DNA of 64,000 nt from Dehalococcoidia bacterium. Lineage in GTDB: Bacteria > Chloroflexota > Dehalococcoidia > Bin125. The number at the start of each line of letters is the position of its first letter. Within the stretch, counting starts at the first letter, position 1. A program made the position numbers and the translations under genes. Shown here one piece after another: positions 10,320 through 19,496 of this stretch. The notes below the pieces were generated by a model. It saw nothing but the letters and a program-made list of their open reading frames with translations. It searched no databases and was not told the origin of the DNA. The DNA lies in the NCBI GenBank assembly GCA_963555985.3, contig OY820591.1:352001-416000 (forward strand). Reading direction: 5' to 3'.

Positions 10320-10396
10320 TGGGGGCCCCTCTGGGACGCGAACCTAGGACCTTCGGATTGAAAGTCCGGTGCTCTGGCCGACTGAGCTCAGAGCCC
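10320..10396 (-). pseudogene. degenerate tRNA gene (Lys-like body, TTC anticodon)
   Basis: GGGCTCTGAGCTCAGTCGGCCAGAGCACCGGACTTTCAATCCGAAGGTCCTAGGTTCGCGTCCCAGAGGGGCCCCCA folds as a cloverleaf with several broken invariants. Confidence 0.7.
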
Positions 10397-10518
10397 AGAG
10401 CCAGTTTACGCGGGTTTCGGGCAGGCGGGGGCTGGGTAGGCTTTGGTCATGCTCTCTCAACTGATGTTGGGAGGCGGTCTGAAGGCAAGAGCGGCGGCAG
10501 CGTACACGGGGATACGAC

Positions 10519-10690
10519 ATGGGCAGAGTGTTCGTGAATATCGAGTTGAGCCTCGATGGGTACATGGTCCTGGCGGGGATGGATGTGGTGCACTGGGATG
10601 ATCCCGCATACCTGAACTGGGCCGCCAAAGGGGGCTGATGGGCTGGATTTTCGAGCTGGAGCACTTCCGCGCCAACCTCGGATATCGCAC
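10519..10690 (+). pseudogene. N-terminal remnant of a RibD_C/dihydrofolate reductase-family gene
   Basis: MGRVFVNIELSLDGYM...WDDPAYLNWAAK, frame break, then MGWIFELEHFRANL; SLDGY motif; truncated at the TA module. Confidence 0.6.
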
Positions 10691-10708
10691 CCGTGCTATA
10701 TTGGTTCA

Positions 10709-11071
10709 ATGCCAAAGGTCAGCTACTTTCGGGACGACGATGGTTCGGTACCCGTTGCCGACTACATCGTCTCCCTGGACCGGGCTGGCCGCAGCGCGGA
10801 GGCCGCGCGCATACTGCGCGACATCGACCTACTGGCTGAGCATGGCATGGCCGGAGCGCAGCAATTGGGCACTCAGTTCAGCCGAATCATCGATCGCGAT
10901 CTGAGAATCTGGGAGTTGCGTCCCGGCGGGCATCGGATCGCCTATGCCGCCATAGGTGACGAGCTTGTGCTTTTGCACGCGTGGAGAAAAGCGACGGGGC
11001 GACTCGATCCAAGGGCCTTGCGGCGAGCGCAGCGGAACTATCGGCGCGAAGTCGAACGGACGGGCTCGTAG
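10709..11071 (+). CDS. RelE/ParE-superfamily toxin (HigB/Gp49-like)
   Basis: G.VPVADYI start, IWELRP..HRIAY, VLLHAWRK; directly upstream of an XRE HTH gene. Confidence 0.85.
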   Translation: MPKVSYFRDDDGSVPVADYIVSLDRAGRSAEAARILRDIDLLAEHGMAGAQQLGTQFSRIIDRDLRIWELRPGGHRIAYAAIGDELVLLHAWRKATGRLDPRALRRAQRNYRREVERTGS

Positions 11072-11096
11072 GGGTCCGAGCGGAACGGACGAAACC

Positions 11097-11438
11097 ATGG
11101 CTGATCAACAAGGACTGACTCACGCTGAGGTGCGCGACCGGTTGCTTCGCGAGGGCAGTCAGGAACTACGCGAAGAATACGCCCGGCTCGAACTCCGCAA
11201 TGCCGCGATTGGCGCGTTGCTGCGTGCGCGGCGGACGCGCAAACTGACTCAGCAGCAGCTCGCCGAACTTGCCGGTGTCAGCCAGGGCGTGATCAGTCGC
11301 CTCGAGAGCGGCGAGCACAGCCCCAAGCTGGAGACACTCGACCAAATCGCACGGGCGATGGATTACCGCTTGGAGATCAAGCTCGTCGACAACCGCAGGA
11401 GCCGAGCCGCCCAGCATCGACGCAGGGTGTCCAGATAG
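11097..11438 (+). CDS. XRE-family HTH antitoxin (HigA-like)
   Basis: RKLTQQQLAELAGVSQGVISRLESG. Confidence 0.88.
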   Translation: MADQQGLTHAEVRDRLLREGSQELREEYARLELRNAAIGALLRARRTRKLTQQQLAELAGVSQGVISRLESGEHSPKLETLDQIARAMDYRLEIKLVDNRRSRAAQHRRRVSR

Positions 11439-11626
11439 CATCACGCTTCGCTCCCCTCCGCTGTGCAGGGCTGGCCGGTTGGCGGTGTCGCGCACAGGTG
11501 ATCGGTTCGACGGCCTGGGCGCTGACGCCGCTGCGGTTCTGCTATGTTCGGCTTGATTGCGACCGGTGTCGTTGGCGCTCTGGGTTGGGCGCGGACGGCC
11601 GGGATGCTAGGGATTGGAGGCCTGAG

Positions 11627-13021
11627 ATGTCTGGGGAGCGGCTGGAGTTGATGGCGCATTTGATGCGCCGGGTTGGTGTTGGGGCTCGGCGGGACGAGCT
11701 CGAGGCGCTGGCGGCGCGGCCGTATGCAGAGGTGGTTGAGGAGCTGCTGCACCCGGAGGCGTTCAGCGATCCCGACCAGGATGTGATCGAGCGCTACCTG
11801 CCGACCTCCACCTCGGTCGAACTGTTGACGGCGCCGGCCTCGCGCTGGATTTACAACATGGCCAACGGTCCGCGGCCGCTGCGCGAGAAGATGGCGCTGC
11901 TCTGGCACCAGGTCTTCGCGACCGCGTACTTCAAGGCTGTCCACGCGCGGACGATGGACGCGCAGATCGAGCGCTTCCGCGAGAACGGGCTGGGCAGCAT
12001 GCGCCAGATTCTGCTCGACCTCTCGCGCGACCCGGCGATGATCGACTGGCTGGACAACTCGGAGAATCACGCCGACTCGATCAATGAGAACTACGGGCGC
12101 GAACTGCTGGAACTGTTCTCGCTGGGGATCGGCAACTACAGCGAGGACGACGTCAAGTCGGCGGCGCGGGCGTTTACCGGTTGGACGATCGTGCCGGGGC
12201 CGCCGATCAACCCCTACGAGATGAATGACGGGAAGTTCCTCTTCGACCCGGACGACCACGACAGCGAGGAGAAGATGTTCCTCGGTGAGACGGTCGTCAG
12301 CGGCGAGGACGTGATTGACGTGATCGTCGGGCAGGAAGCCTGTGCGCGCTTCATTGCGCGTCATCTCTACAACTTCTTCGTCGCGGACGAGCCGCCGGTG
12401 CCCTCGTGGCATCAGACGCCGCCGCGCGACCCGGAGGCGATCGAGGCGCTGGCCGCGACCTTCCTCGAATCCGAGGGCGACATCCGCGAGGTGATGCGGA
12501 CGCTGCTCAACTCCGACTTCTTCAAGGCGGCGCGGTTCCAGCGGGTCAAGAGTCCGGTGGAGTTCGTGGGCGGGGTGATCAAGCTTGCCGGAGCGCCGCA
12601 GTTCCCCGACCTCTCGCTGACGGAACTGTCGCGGGCGGCGGAGTTGATGGGCCAGAAGCTGTACGACCCGCCCTCGGTCGAGGGTTGGCACACGGGCCAG
12701 GAGTGGTTTGACTCCGGCACGCTGACGCAGCGGGTCAACTTCGCGGTGGAACAGGTGATGGACACCTCCAAGCCCGGGATCGCCCAGATCGTGGAGCGAG
12801 TCGCCGCCGAAGGCGACGCCAGCCCCGAGCAGCTCGTCGACCGCTGCCTCGAACTCTGCGGTCCGCTCGAGGTCAAGCCGCAGACGCGGGCCGAGTTGAT
12901 CGAGCGTGCGCAGGAGGGCGGGACGCTCAGCTTCGGCAACGGCGCCAGCGCCGAGGCCGAGAACCGAATCGGACGGATGGTGCAGCTGATCGTGGCTGCG
13001 CCCGAGTATCAGTTTGCCTAA
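11627..13021 (+). CDS. DUF1800 family protein
   Basis: AHLMRR, LREKMALLWH, NENYGRELLELFSLG, ARAFTGW, PEYQFA. Confidence 0.92.
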   Translation: MSGERLELMAHLMRRVGVGARRDELEALAARPYAEVVEELLHPEAFSDPDQDVIERYLPTSTSVELLTAPASRWIYNMANGPRPLREKMALLWHQVFATAYFKAVHARTMDAQIERFRENGLGSMRQILLDLSRDPAMIDWLDNSENHADSINENYGRELLELFSLGIGNYSEDDVKSAARAFTGWTIVPGPPINPYEMNDGKFLFDPDDHDSEEKMFLGETVVSGEDVIDVIVGQEACARFIARHLYNFFVADEPPVPSWHQTPPRDPEAIEALAATFLESEGDIREVMRTLLNSDFFKAARFQRVKSPVEFVGGVIKLAGAPQFPDLSLTELSRAAELMGQKLYDPPSVEGWHTGQEWFDSGTLTQRVNFAVEQVMDTSKPGIAQIVERVAAEGDASPEQLVDRCLELCGPLEVKPQTRAELIERAQEGGTLSFGNGASAEAENRIGRMVQLIVAAPEYQFA

Positions 13022-13042
13022 GTCCCAGAGGAGGGACCGACC

Positions 13043-14212
13043 ATGACGACAACCGCAGCCAAGCCCCCGGTGCTGGTGGTGATCCAGCTCGCCGGCGGGC
13101 TCGACTTTCTCAACACCGTGATCCCCTACCAGAGCGGGATCATCCGCGATGCGCGGCCGACCGTGAGCGTGCCGGTTGAAGAGACCTTGCCGCTCAACAA
13201 CGAGCTGGCCTGGCACCCGTCGCTGACGCCGATCCAGGAGCTCTACGACGCCGGCAATGTCGCCGTCGTGCAGGGCGTCGGCTGGGAGCACCAGGACGGT
13301 CCCGGCGCGGACCGCTCGCACTTCCGCGCGACCGACATCTGGCACACCTGCACGCCCGACAAGATCTCGACCGAGGGCTGGCTGGGCAAACTGACGCGCG
13401 AGTTCGACCCGCAATCGCAGAACCCGGTCACGGCGGTCAACTTCGGGCTCGGATTGCCGCGCGCGCTGGCCGCGCCGGGGGTGACCGTGACCTCGGTGGA
13501 CTCGCTCGACCGGTTCGGTCTGATGACTGAGATCGAGTTGGAGCAGGAGCGGGCCAAGGATCTGGACAGCTTCAAGCGGATGTATACGCCGGTGGTCGGT
13601 ACCGCGATGGTGCAGGAGTACCTGGCCAAGACCGGTCTGAGCGTGCTCCAGAGCGCGGAGATCCTGGCCGATGCGCCGAGCCAGTACGCCTCCGAGGTGG
13701 AGTACGGGAGCAGCCCGCTCGCGCAGTCGCTGCGCGATATCGCGCGGGTGCACACCGCCGGGCTGGGGTCGCGCATCTTCTACACCCTGCAGCGCGGCTA
13801 CGACACGCACTCGGGCCAGAACGACCAGTTGCCCGTGCTGCTGACCCAGCTCTCCGAGGCGATCCGCGACTTCATCCAGGATCTGCGCAACCACAATGCG
13901 TCGGAGGAGGTCACGATCCTCGTCTACACCGAGTTCGGACGGCGGATCCGGGACAACGGCTCGGGTACCGACCACGGCTCCGGCGGCGGCGCCTACATCA
14001 TCGGCGACGGCGTGCGCGGCGGCCTCTACTCCGAGTACCCCTCGCTCGAACCGAGCGACTGGCTCTACGGCGAGGACCTCTCGCACACGATCGACTTCCG
14101 CAGCGTCTACAGCACGCTGCTCGAGCAGTGGCTGGGCGTTGACCCGACCGAGATCGTGGGCGGCACGTTTGAGCAGATTCACCCCTACCGCGAGCCGATC
14201 GGAGTGGGCTGA
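13043..14212 (+). CDS. DUF1501 family protein
   Basis: LVVIQLAGGLD, RSHF, GYDTH, TEFGRR..DNGSGTDHG, DFRSVY. Confidence 0.92.
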   Translation: MTTTAAKPPVLVVIQLAGGLDFLNTVIPYQSGIIRDARPTVSVPVEETLPLNNELAWHPSLTPIQELYDAGNVAVVQGVGWEHQDGPGADRSHFRATDIWHTCTPDKISTEGWLGKLTREFDPQSQNPVTAVNFGLGLPRALAAPGVTVTSVDSLDRFGLMTEIELEQERAKDLDSFKRMYTPVVGTAMVQEYLAKTGLSVLQSAEILADAPSQYASEVEYGSSPLAQSLRDIARVHTAGLGSRIFYTLQRGYDTHSGQNDQLPVLLTQLSEAIRDFIQDLRNHNASEEVTILVYTEFGRRIRDNGSGTDHGSGGGAYIIGDGVRGGLYSEYPSLEPSDWLYGEDLSHTIDFRSVYSTLLEQWLGVDPTEIVGGTFEQIHPYREPIGVG

Positions 14213-15285
14213 TGACTGTCGAGACGAACGGGGCCAACGGGGCCAGCGCCAACGGCTCCTACGCAGTGCTGCTGCGGGCCGGCTTCCCCTATGAGCAGAC
14301 GCTCGGGCGGCGGCTGGTGACATTCAATCCGATTGACCTTGCGGTCGGCAACAACGGGCGGATCTACACGCTCGGGCGAGGACCGTTCGACACGGGCGGC
14401 CCGGTGCGGATCACGAACTGGGACGACGAAGACCTGGGCGTGGTCCGCCGCCGGCCGGCGGAGCCGACCGATCGGCCCGCCGAAGTGGACTGCGGCTGGG
14501 TCTGGCCATCCGGGATCGTCTGCGATCCGGACGAGCGGATCATCATCTCCGACGAGGCCGACCACACAATCACCATCGTTGCGAACGATCATGAGCAGGT
14601 GGCGCGTTGGGGCGAGCACGGCAGCGGGCCGGGCCAGCTTGATCGTCCGGCGCACATGGCGATCGACGACGAGGGACGCCTGCTCGTGGTGGACACGATG
14701 AACCATCGCGTGCAGCGCTTCACGCTTGAGGGTCAGTACATCGACGGATTCGGCAGCCATGGCAGCGGGTTGGGCGAACTCGATATGCCATGGGGGATCG
14801 CGCTCGACGCGGAGGGCTGCATCTACGTCGGCGACTGGCGCAACGACCGGGTGCAGAAGTTCAGCGCCCCGGGCGAGCCGCTGATGACGATCGGTTCCAG
14901 CGGCAGCGGCGACGGGCAGCTCAACCGTCCGGCGGGCGTGGCCGTCGACCAGCACGGCGACATCTACGTCGCCGACCGCGGTAATCACCGGGTGCTGCTG
15001 TTCAACCGCGAAGGGCGCTACGTGGAGAAGTTCATCGGCGACGCGACGCTCTCGCCGTCGGCGCGGCAGATGGTGCTTGATAGCCCAATCTTCCTGCGCC
15101 AGCGCGATCTGACGGTGCTCGAGGACGAGAAGCGGCTGCGATCGCCCGCCTCGGTGCGGATCGACGGCGAGCGGCTGTTGATCGCCGACTTTGGCTACAA
15201 CCGGGTGCAGGTCTACCGCAAGGAGGCCTATCCGGTGAGCGAGGATCAGGTCGCGCCGATCCCCGCGCGTCCGGCCCTGCGCTAG
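14212..15285 (+). CDS. NHL-repeat beta-propeller protein
   Basis: Repeated GSG.GQL..P.G.A.D..G.IYV.D..N.RVQ; TGATG coupling to the DUF1501 gene. Confidence 0.9.
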   Translation: MTVETNGANGASANGSYAVLLRAGFPYEQTLGRRLVTFNPIDLAVGNNGRIYTLGRGPFDTGGPVRITNWDDEDLGVVRRRPAEPTDRPAEVDCGWVWPSGIVCDPDERIIISDEADHTITIVANDHEQVARWGEHGSGPGQLDRPAHMAIDDEGRLLVVDTMNHRVQRFTLEGQYIDGFGSHGSGLGELDMPWGIALDAEGCIYVGDWRNDRVQKFSAPGEPLMTIGSSGSGDGQLNRPAGVAVDQHGDIYVADRGNHRVLLFNREGRYVEKFIGDATLSPSARQMVLDSPIFLRQRDLTVLEDEKRLRSPASVRIDGERLLIADFGYNRVQVYRKEAYPVSEDQVAPIPARPALR

Positions 15286-15418
15286 GCCGTCGCCGTTCGC
15301 GCGAGTGTGGCCTGTCGTCCGTTCCTGCACCCACTGCCTGCGTGCGCGCGATGTCCCAGGATGGCGAAGCACAGTTCGAACTCGCTGACGGCGATGTTGA
15401 GGTCGGGCATGGCCGCTT

Positions 15419-15800
15419 CGCGCTGGGGTTGTTCGGCAGTGAGGGAGCTTGTCGGCGTTCAGGTGTTCAGGGACAATTTTTTTTCTGGGGCCTTTGCGGG
15501 CGAATCTCCGGTAAAACACTGAGGATCGCGTGTTCGGTCGTTCAGCCTTGTTCAGGTTGGGGCGTCCGGATCAGTCCAGATTCGTCTGGATCTGTCCAGT
15601 TTTCGGGGGTGTTCTTCTGCGTGGCGCCAGGTCATTCCAGGGTTTGTCCGGATGGTGGGGATGGTTCATGTTGGTTCCTTTCGGATGCGGGTTCGGGCTT
15701 GTTCGATTCCGTTCGGCATTGGGCGTGTGGTTCGGGCGATGGTCGGGCTGGTGGCTGTGTCGGCGAACGGGTTGTTGCCCACTCAACTCTACCATATTGT
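15419..15800 (-). repeat. dispersed ~300-bp element, copy B
   Basis: Matches copy A (GGCGTTCAGGTGTTCAGGGACAATTTTTTT...AATCTCCGGTAAAACACT...); GTCC at 10-bp period; homology clear to ~15692. Confidence 0.8.
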
Positions 15801-15940
15801 CTCGACTGATCTGCCACGCTTTCGCGGCTATGATGGCTGCATTCGACCACGCCTCGGCCCGCATCGCAGTGAAAACAGACCTCGCTAATGGCGGCTGATG
15901 CCAAAACCGAGCCTCTCCAAGTTCCTCCAGGAGCGTCGCC

Positions 15941-17770
15941 ATGAGAATCGAACTTACAGAACCTCACAAGTCCATCGCTTCTTTATCGGCCGAGGGCATC
16001 TCCGACTTTGCCCTTCTGATCGGTCGCAACGGAGCGGGTAAAACCCAGATTTTCGAGGCCCTCGGGGAAGGGCATGCATCGATTGCCGGCATTGAGACAA
16101 AAGACATCGAGATGTATCACATGGGCTCCTTTCGATCGTCCGACACGGGCCGCGCGGATCGCTACGCCAACAAATTTGCCAATGACACTGCCGACGCCTA
16201 CCTAAACCCCCGTGCTTCTGGTCCGCGACCTATCGAGGCCGCGGAGGCGATCTTCGTCCGGTTTACCGACAGGATCGAACAGAGGTCCGGGATCGAAGCG
16301 CGTGAAGAATTCGTACGGAACCTATATGGCGGCCTTGAGCGCCTTGCAGATTTTAGAATCTTCGCCGAGAGTACACGCTCTGCATATGAGCAGGAACTGT
16401 TTCAGCAGGTGCTGGAACCGCTAACACCGAAAGATCGTCACGGCACCAGGGTACAGAACCAGTCCACCGTCAACTTTGGAGGCGACCAAGCTGCATTGCT
16501 CAGCACGGCGATGAAGCTAGCAGGAAAGCTCCCTCACGAGTTGACCCGCGACGACATCATGCGCGCCGGGCGATATGAGGGGAATACGCTCCAAAACTCT
16601 CTTAGCGAAGTCTTCACGACCTATAGGGTCGAAGAGTTCATCTGGGCACATAAGCGGATCGAAAAAGAGCCTGTCAGCTTCGGCAGCCTCATTGCGCAAT
16701 ACCGCTCCGAGCACCGTCCACCATGGGTGACTCTGCGTGAGATTTTATCCGAGATGCGCGACGCTACAGGCCACGACGGGCTCTTCGAATTCGATTTCTC
16801 CGATCCTGAGGACCTCGAGCTTGATATGGGTAACTACGAGGAATTCACTTTCAGGGCCGAAATGACGAATCGATCCACTAGAAGCCAGTACGAGATTAGC
16901 TCTCTATCGTCAGGCGAGACGGTGCTTATGGCGCTTTGTATCGCCTCCTTCAACCAGTATCTTGGGCGACGCGTCCCAAAACTGCTCTTGCTCGATGAAT
17001 TAGACGCGGTGCTCCATCCCTCCATGGTTTCGGCGCTAGTCAGCACGCTTAAGACCCTGTTCCTGCCGCAAGGCACGAAGGTTCTCATGACTTCTCACTC
17101 GCCTATGACGGTCGCGGCGCTGGACGAAGCCGACATCTTCCGCGTCGCTCGGACTGGCGATCATGTCAACGTCTCTCGCACCACGAAGGCGGAGGCGATC
17201 GAAGAGTTGGCAGAAGGACTCGCTACCGTGGACGTCGGCCTTAGGATTGCCGCGTACGACGAGGCTAAGGTGACGATCCTCACAGAGGGACACAACACCA
17301 AGCACCTCAGGCGATGGGCAGATCTGAATTTTCCGAACCAGGTGCGAATATTCGAACAGCTTGAACAACACACGAGCGATAGTCAGTTGCTTGACTATGG
17401 CCGACTGCTTGGAAGGATGGACACGAACACACACTTCGTCATTGTGTGGGATTGTGACGCTGTTGGCAAGGCCGAGAAATTGAGGCAGGATCTGAGCGGC
17501 ACTGCAAAGGTCACTCCATTTGCGTTTGTCAGGCGACCGGAAAACAAGATCTCCCATAGCGGTATCGAGAACAACTACGACGAGTCGGTTCTGGAAAGCT
17601 TTTCGATCAAGCAGGTAGACAACGACGGCACGTTATTGAGTAGTTACTTGCCGGGGAATCGAAAATCAGAGTTTGCTGACCACATCCTGCAACATGGGAC
17701 GCCTGAGGACTTTAGGCATTTCCAAGGTCTTCACGCCGTCATCGAAAAGATCCTGGAATTGGGCGGTTAG
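15941..17770 (+). CDS. ABC-type ATPase with C-terminal TOPRIM-like domain (OLD-family-like nuclease)
   Basis: GRNGAGKT, LSSGE, LLLLDE, TSHSP; then ILTEG...WDCD...GIENNY; lower GC. Confidence 0.8.
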   Translation: MRIELTEPHKSIASLSAEGISDFALLIGRNGAGKTQIFEALGEGHASIAGIETKDIEMYHMGSFRSSDTGRADRYANKFANDTADAYLNPRASGPRPIEAAEAIFVRFTDRIEQRSGIEAREEFVRNLYGGLERLADFRIFAESTRSAYEQELFQQVLEPLTPKDRHGTRVQNQSTVNFGGDQAALLSTAMKLAGKLPHELTRDDIMRAGRYEGNTLQNSLSEVFTTYRVEEFIWAHKRIEKEPVSFGSLIAQYRSEHRPPWVTLREILSEMRDATGHDGLFEFDFSDPEDLELDMGNYEEFTFRAEMTNRSTRSQYEISSLSSGETVLMALCIASFNQYLGRRVPKLLLLDELDAVLHPSMVSALVSTLKTLFLPQGTKVLMTSHSPMTVAALDEADIFRVARTGDHVNVSRTTKAEAIEELAEGLATVDVGLRIAAYDEAKVTILTEGHNTKHLRRWADLNFPNQVRIFEQLEQHTSDSQLLDYGRLLGRMDTNTHFVIVWDCDAVGKAEKLRQDLSGTAKVTPFAFVRRPENKISHSGIENNYDESVLESFSIKQVDNDGTLLSSYLPGNRKSEFADHILQHGTPEDFRHFQGLHAVIEKILELGG

Positions 17771-17861
17771 TCATATAATGCGGCGCCCGTGAACCTGTGC
17801 CAATCAGCGCTTTCGGCTTGGATATGCCGGGCAAGCGCCTGCGATACTCGGACCGGATCGC

Positions 17862-19139
17862 CTAGTCGGCCATGTAGCCGCGCTTTGCGTTTTCCCGGCG
17901 CAGCCCGCTGAGTGTGTAGATGTTGCTCTTCAGCTTGTTGCACGGCCCGCAGAGCAGCACGCGGTTACTCACGTGGTTCAGGCCGCCGTCGGCTCGCGGC
18001 GTGTTGTGGTCAAGCTCCAGGTACCTGGCGTCGTCGAATTGGCGGTCGCAGCCCTGGCAGACCGAGCCGTTCTGGGTGATCAGGAAGTCGTACATCTTGG
18101 CGCGGCTCCAGCGTGGGCCGTCCGGCTCGGCGACGCGCTCTTTGACTCGCAGGAACGGCGCGGCGCTCTCTCCGTCGTCCGTGCGCTCCGGGACGGCCTG
18201 CGTGAGCTTCACTTGCCCGAACAGCCCGGTCGCCTCGCGCAAGCGTTTTTCGACCAGTCGGTGTGCGCCATCCCAGATGTCCATGCCGATCCACTGACGC
18301 TCAAGACGTTCAGCGGCTACGAGGGTCGTAGCGCAGCCCGCGAACGGGTCTAGGACGATATCGCCGACGTTCGATGATGCTTCGATGATCCGTTCGTAGA
18401 GGGCGAGCGGTTTCTGCGTCGGGTATCCCATGCGCTCCTTCGAGACATTGCGAACAGGCGCGATATCCCACACGTCGGCGACGGCTACGCCAGCGTCGGC
18501 GTAGTAGCGATTGCCCGCCTTGACGTAGTAGCGGCGGCCATCATCATCGGTCAGGTTGAATCGTGCCAGATCGCGTGATGTCTCACGCGGCAAGTCAAAG
18601 ACGTAGGAATCCGACTTTGAGTAGAACAGCAGATTGTCGTGCTTCCGCGCGAACCATCGGCGACTAATCCCACCAGTCCGATACTGCCAGATCACCTCGT
18701 TGCGGAATTGCTTCCAGCCGAAGATCGCGTCCATGACAGCCTTAAGGTAGTGGGAGGCCGTTGGGTCGCAGTGGAGATAGATTGATCCCGTCGATTTGAG
18801 CACGCGCCGCATTTCGAGCAGCCTGACCGCCATAAAGCACATGTAGGCGCCCATGCCGTCGGAGTGCGCGTAGCGGGCGCTCTCAATCGCCTCCATCAGG
18901 CGCGGGTAGTCGTCGGTGATCTGGTCTACCCAGTCCTGATGCACGTCGCGCTCCCACGACCAGCGGTCTTGAAACTTGGCACCGGCGGCGAGGCTGTCCG
19001 GCGTCGCGTGGAAATCGCGGCCCTTGTTGAACGGCGGGTCGGTGGCGATCAAGTCGATGCAGTCGGAATCGATGCCGCGCAAGAAGTCGAGGTTGTCGCC
19101 GTGGAAGAGCGTGCGATTGTCGAAGTTCGGGTTGACCAT
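17862..19139 (-). CDS. N6/N4 DNA methyltransferase (beta class) fused to C-terminal HNH endonuclease
   Basis: DPPF, YPTQKP, DPFAGCATT; C-terminal CQGC...LDH...GG.N...N..LLCGPCN. Confidence 0.9.
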   Translation of the reverse strand: MVNPNFDNRTLFHGDNLDFLRGIDSDCIDLIATDPPFNKGRDFHATPDSLAAGAKFQDRWSWERDVHQDWVDQITDDYPRLMEAIESARYAHSDGMGAYMCFMAVRLLEMRRVLKSTGSIYLHCDPTASHYLKAVMDAIFGWKQFRNEVIWQYRTGGISRRWFARKHDNLLFYSKSDSYVFDLPRETSRDLARFNLTDDDGRRYYVKAGNRYYADAGVAVADVWDIAPVRNVSKERMGYPTQKPLALYERIIEASSNVGDIVLDPFAGCATTLVAAERLERQWIGMDIWDGAHRLVEKRLREATGLFGQVKLTQAVPERTDDGESAAPFLRVKERVAEPDGPRWSRAKMYDFLITQNGSVCQGCDRQFDDARYLELDHNTPRADGGLNHVSNRVLLCGPCNKLKSNIYTLSGLRRENAKRGYMAD

Positions 19140-19240
19140 GCCGTTCACGCTACCCGTCGATTGGGCGTTTGTCAGCCTACCTATGTTCTTCCCGGCCTGT
19201 CCGGGAAGCTGGCCTGAGTAGACGGAGGCCGAGCGGGAAC

Positions 19241-19267
19241 GAGATTCCCAGGCAAGCTGGGAATGAC
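19241..19267. repeat. REP-like palindrome family 2 (GAGATTCCCAG-GCAAG-CTGGGAATGAC)
   Basis: 8-bp stem; related unit at 31011-31039. Confidence 0.6.
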
Positions 19268-19496
19268 GGATGCTGGGTGTTTCAGCACACTATCGGTGGC
19301 TGGTGCGGGGACGGTGATTAGGGCGGGGAGGGTGTTGGTTGGTTGATCTTCGTCCTGGGGGTTGGCGACTGCGTGGTAGCCGGCTCAGTGGTGGGACATC
19401 TGGGACTTGACCCCAGGGCTGCGGCGGTTTCGGGCTGGCGGGGGGTGCTACCTTGCCGCCACGGGGTTGGGCAATTCAGCGGAGAGTGGGTGCAGG

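Noticed and set aside
11441-14323. 960-aa minus-strand ORF (and similar long ORFs at 24471-26393, 59521-61236, 62162-63844, 4843-6276)
   Set aside because: Antisense shadows of well-supported genes in high-GC DNA; no motifs
15283-15410. Short minus-strand ORF MPDLNIAVSEFELCF... next to repeat copy B
   Set aside because: About 42 aa, no RBS or recognisable motif
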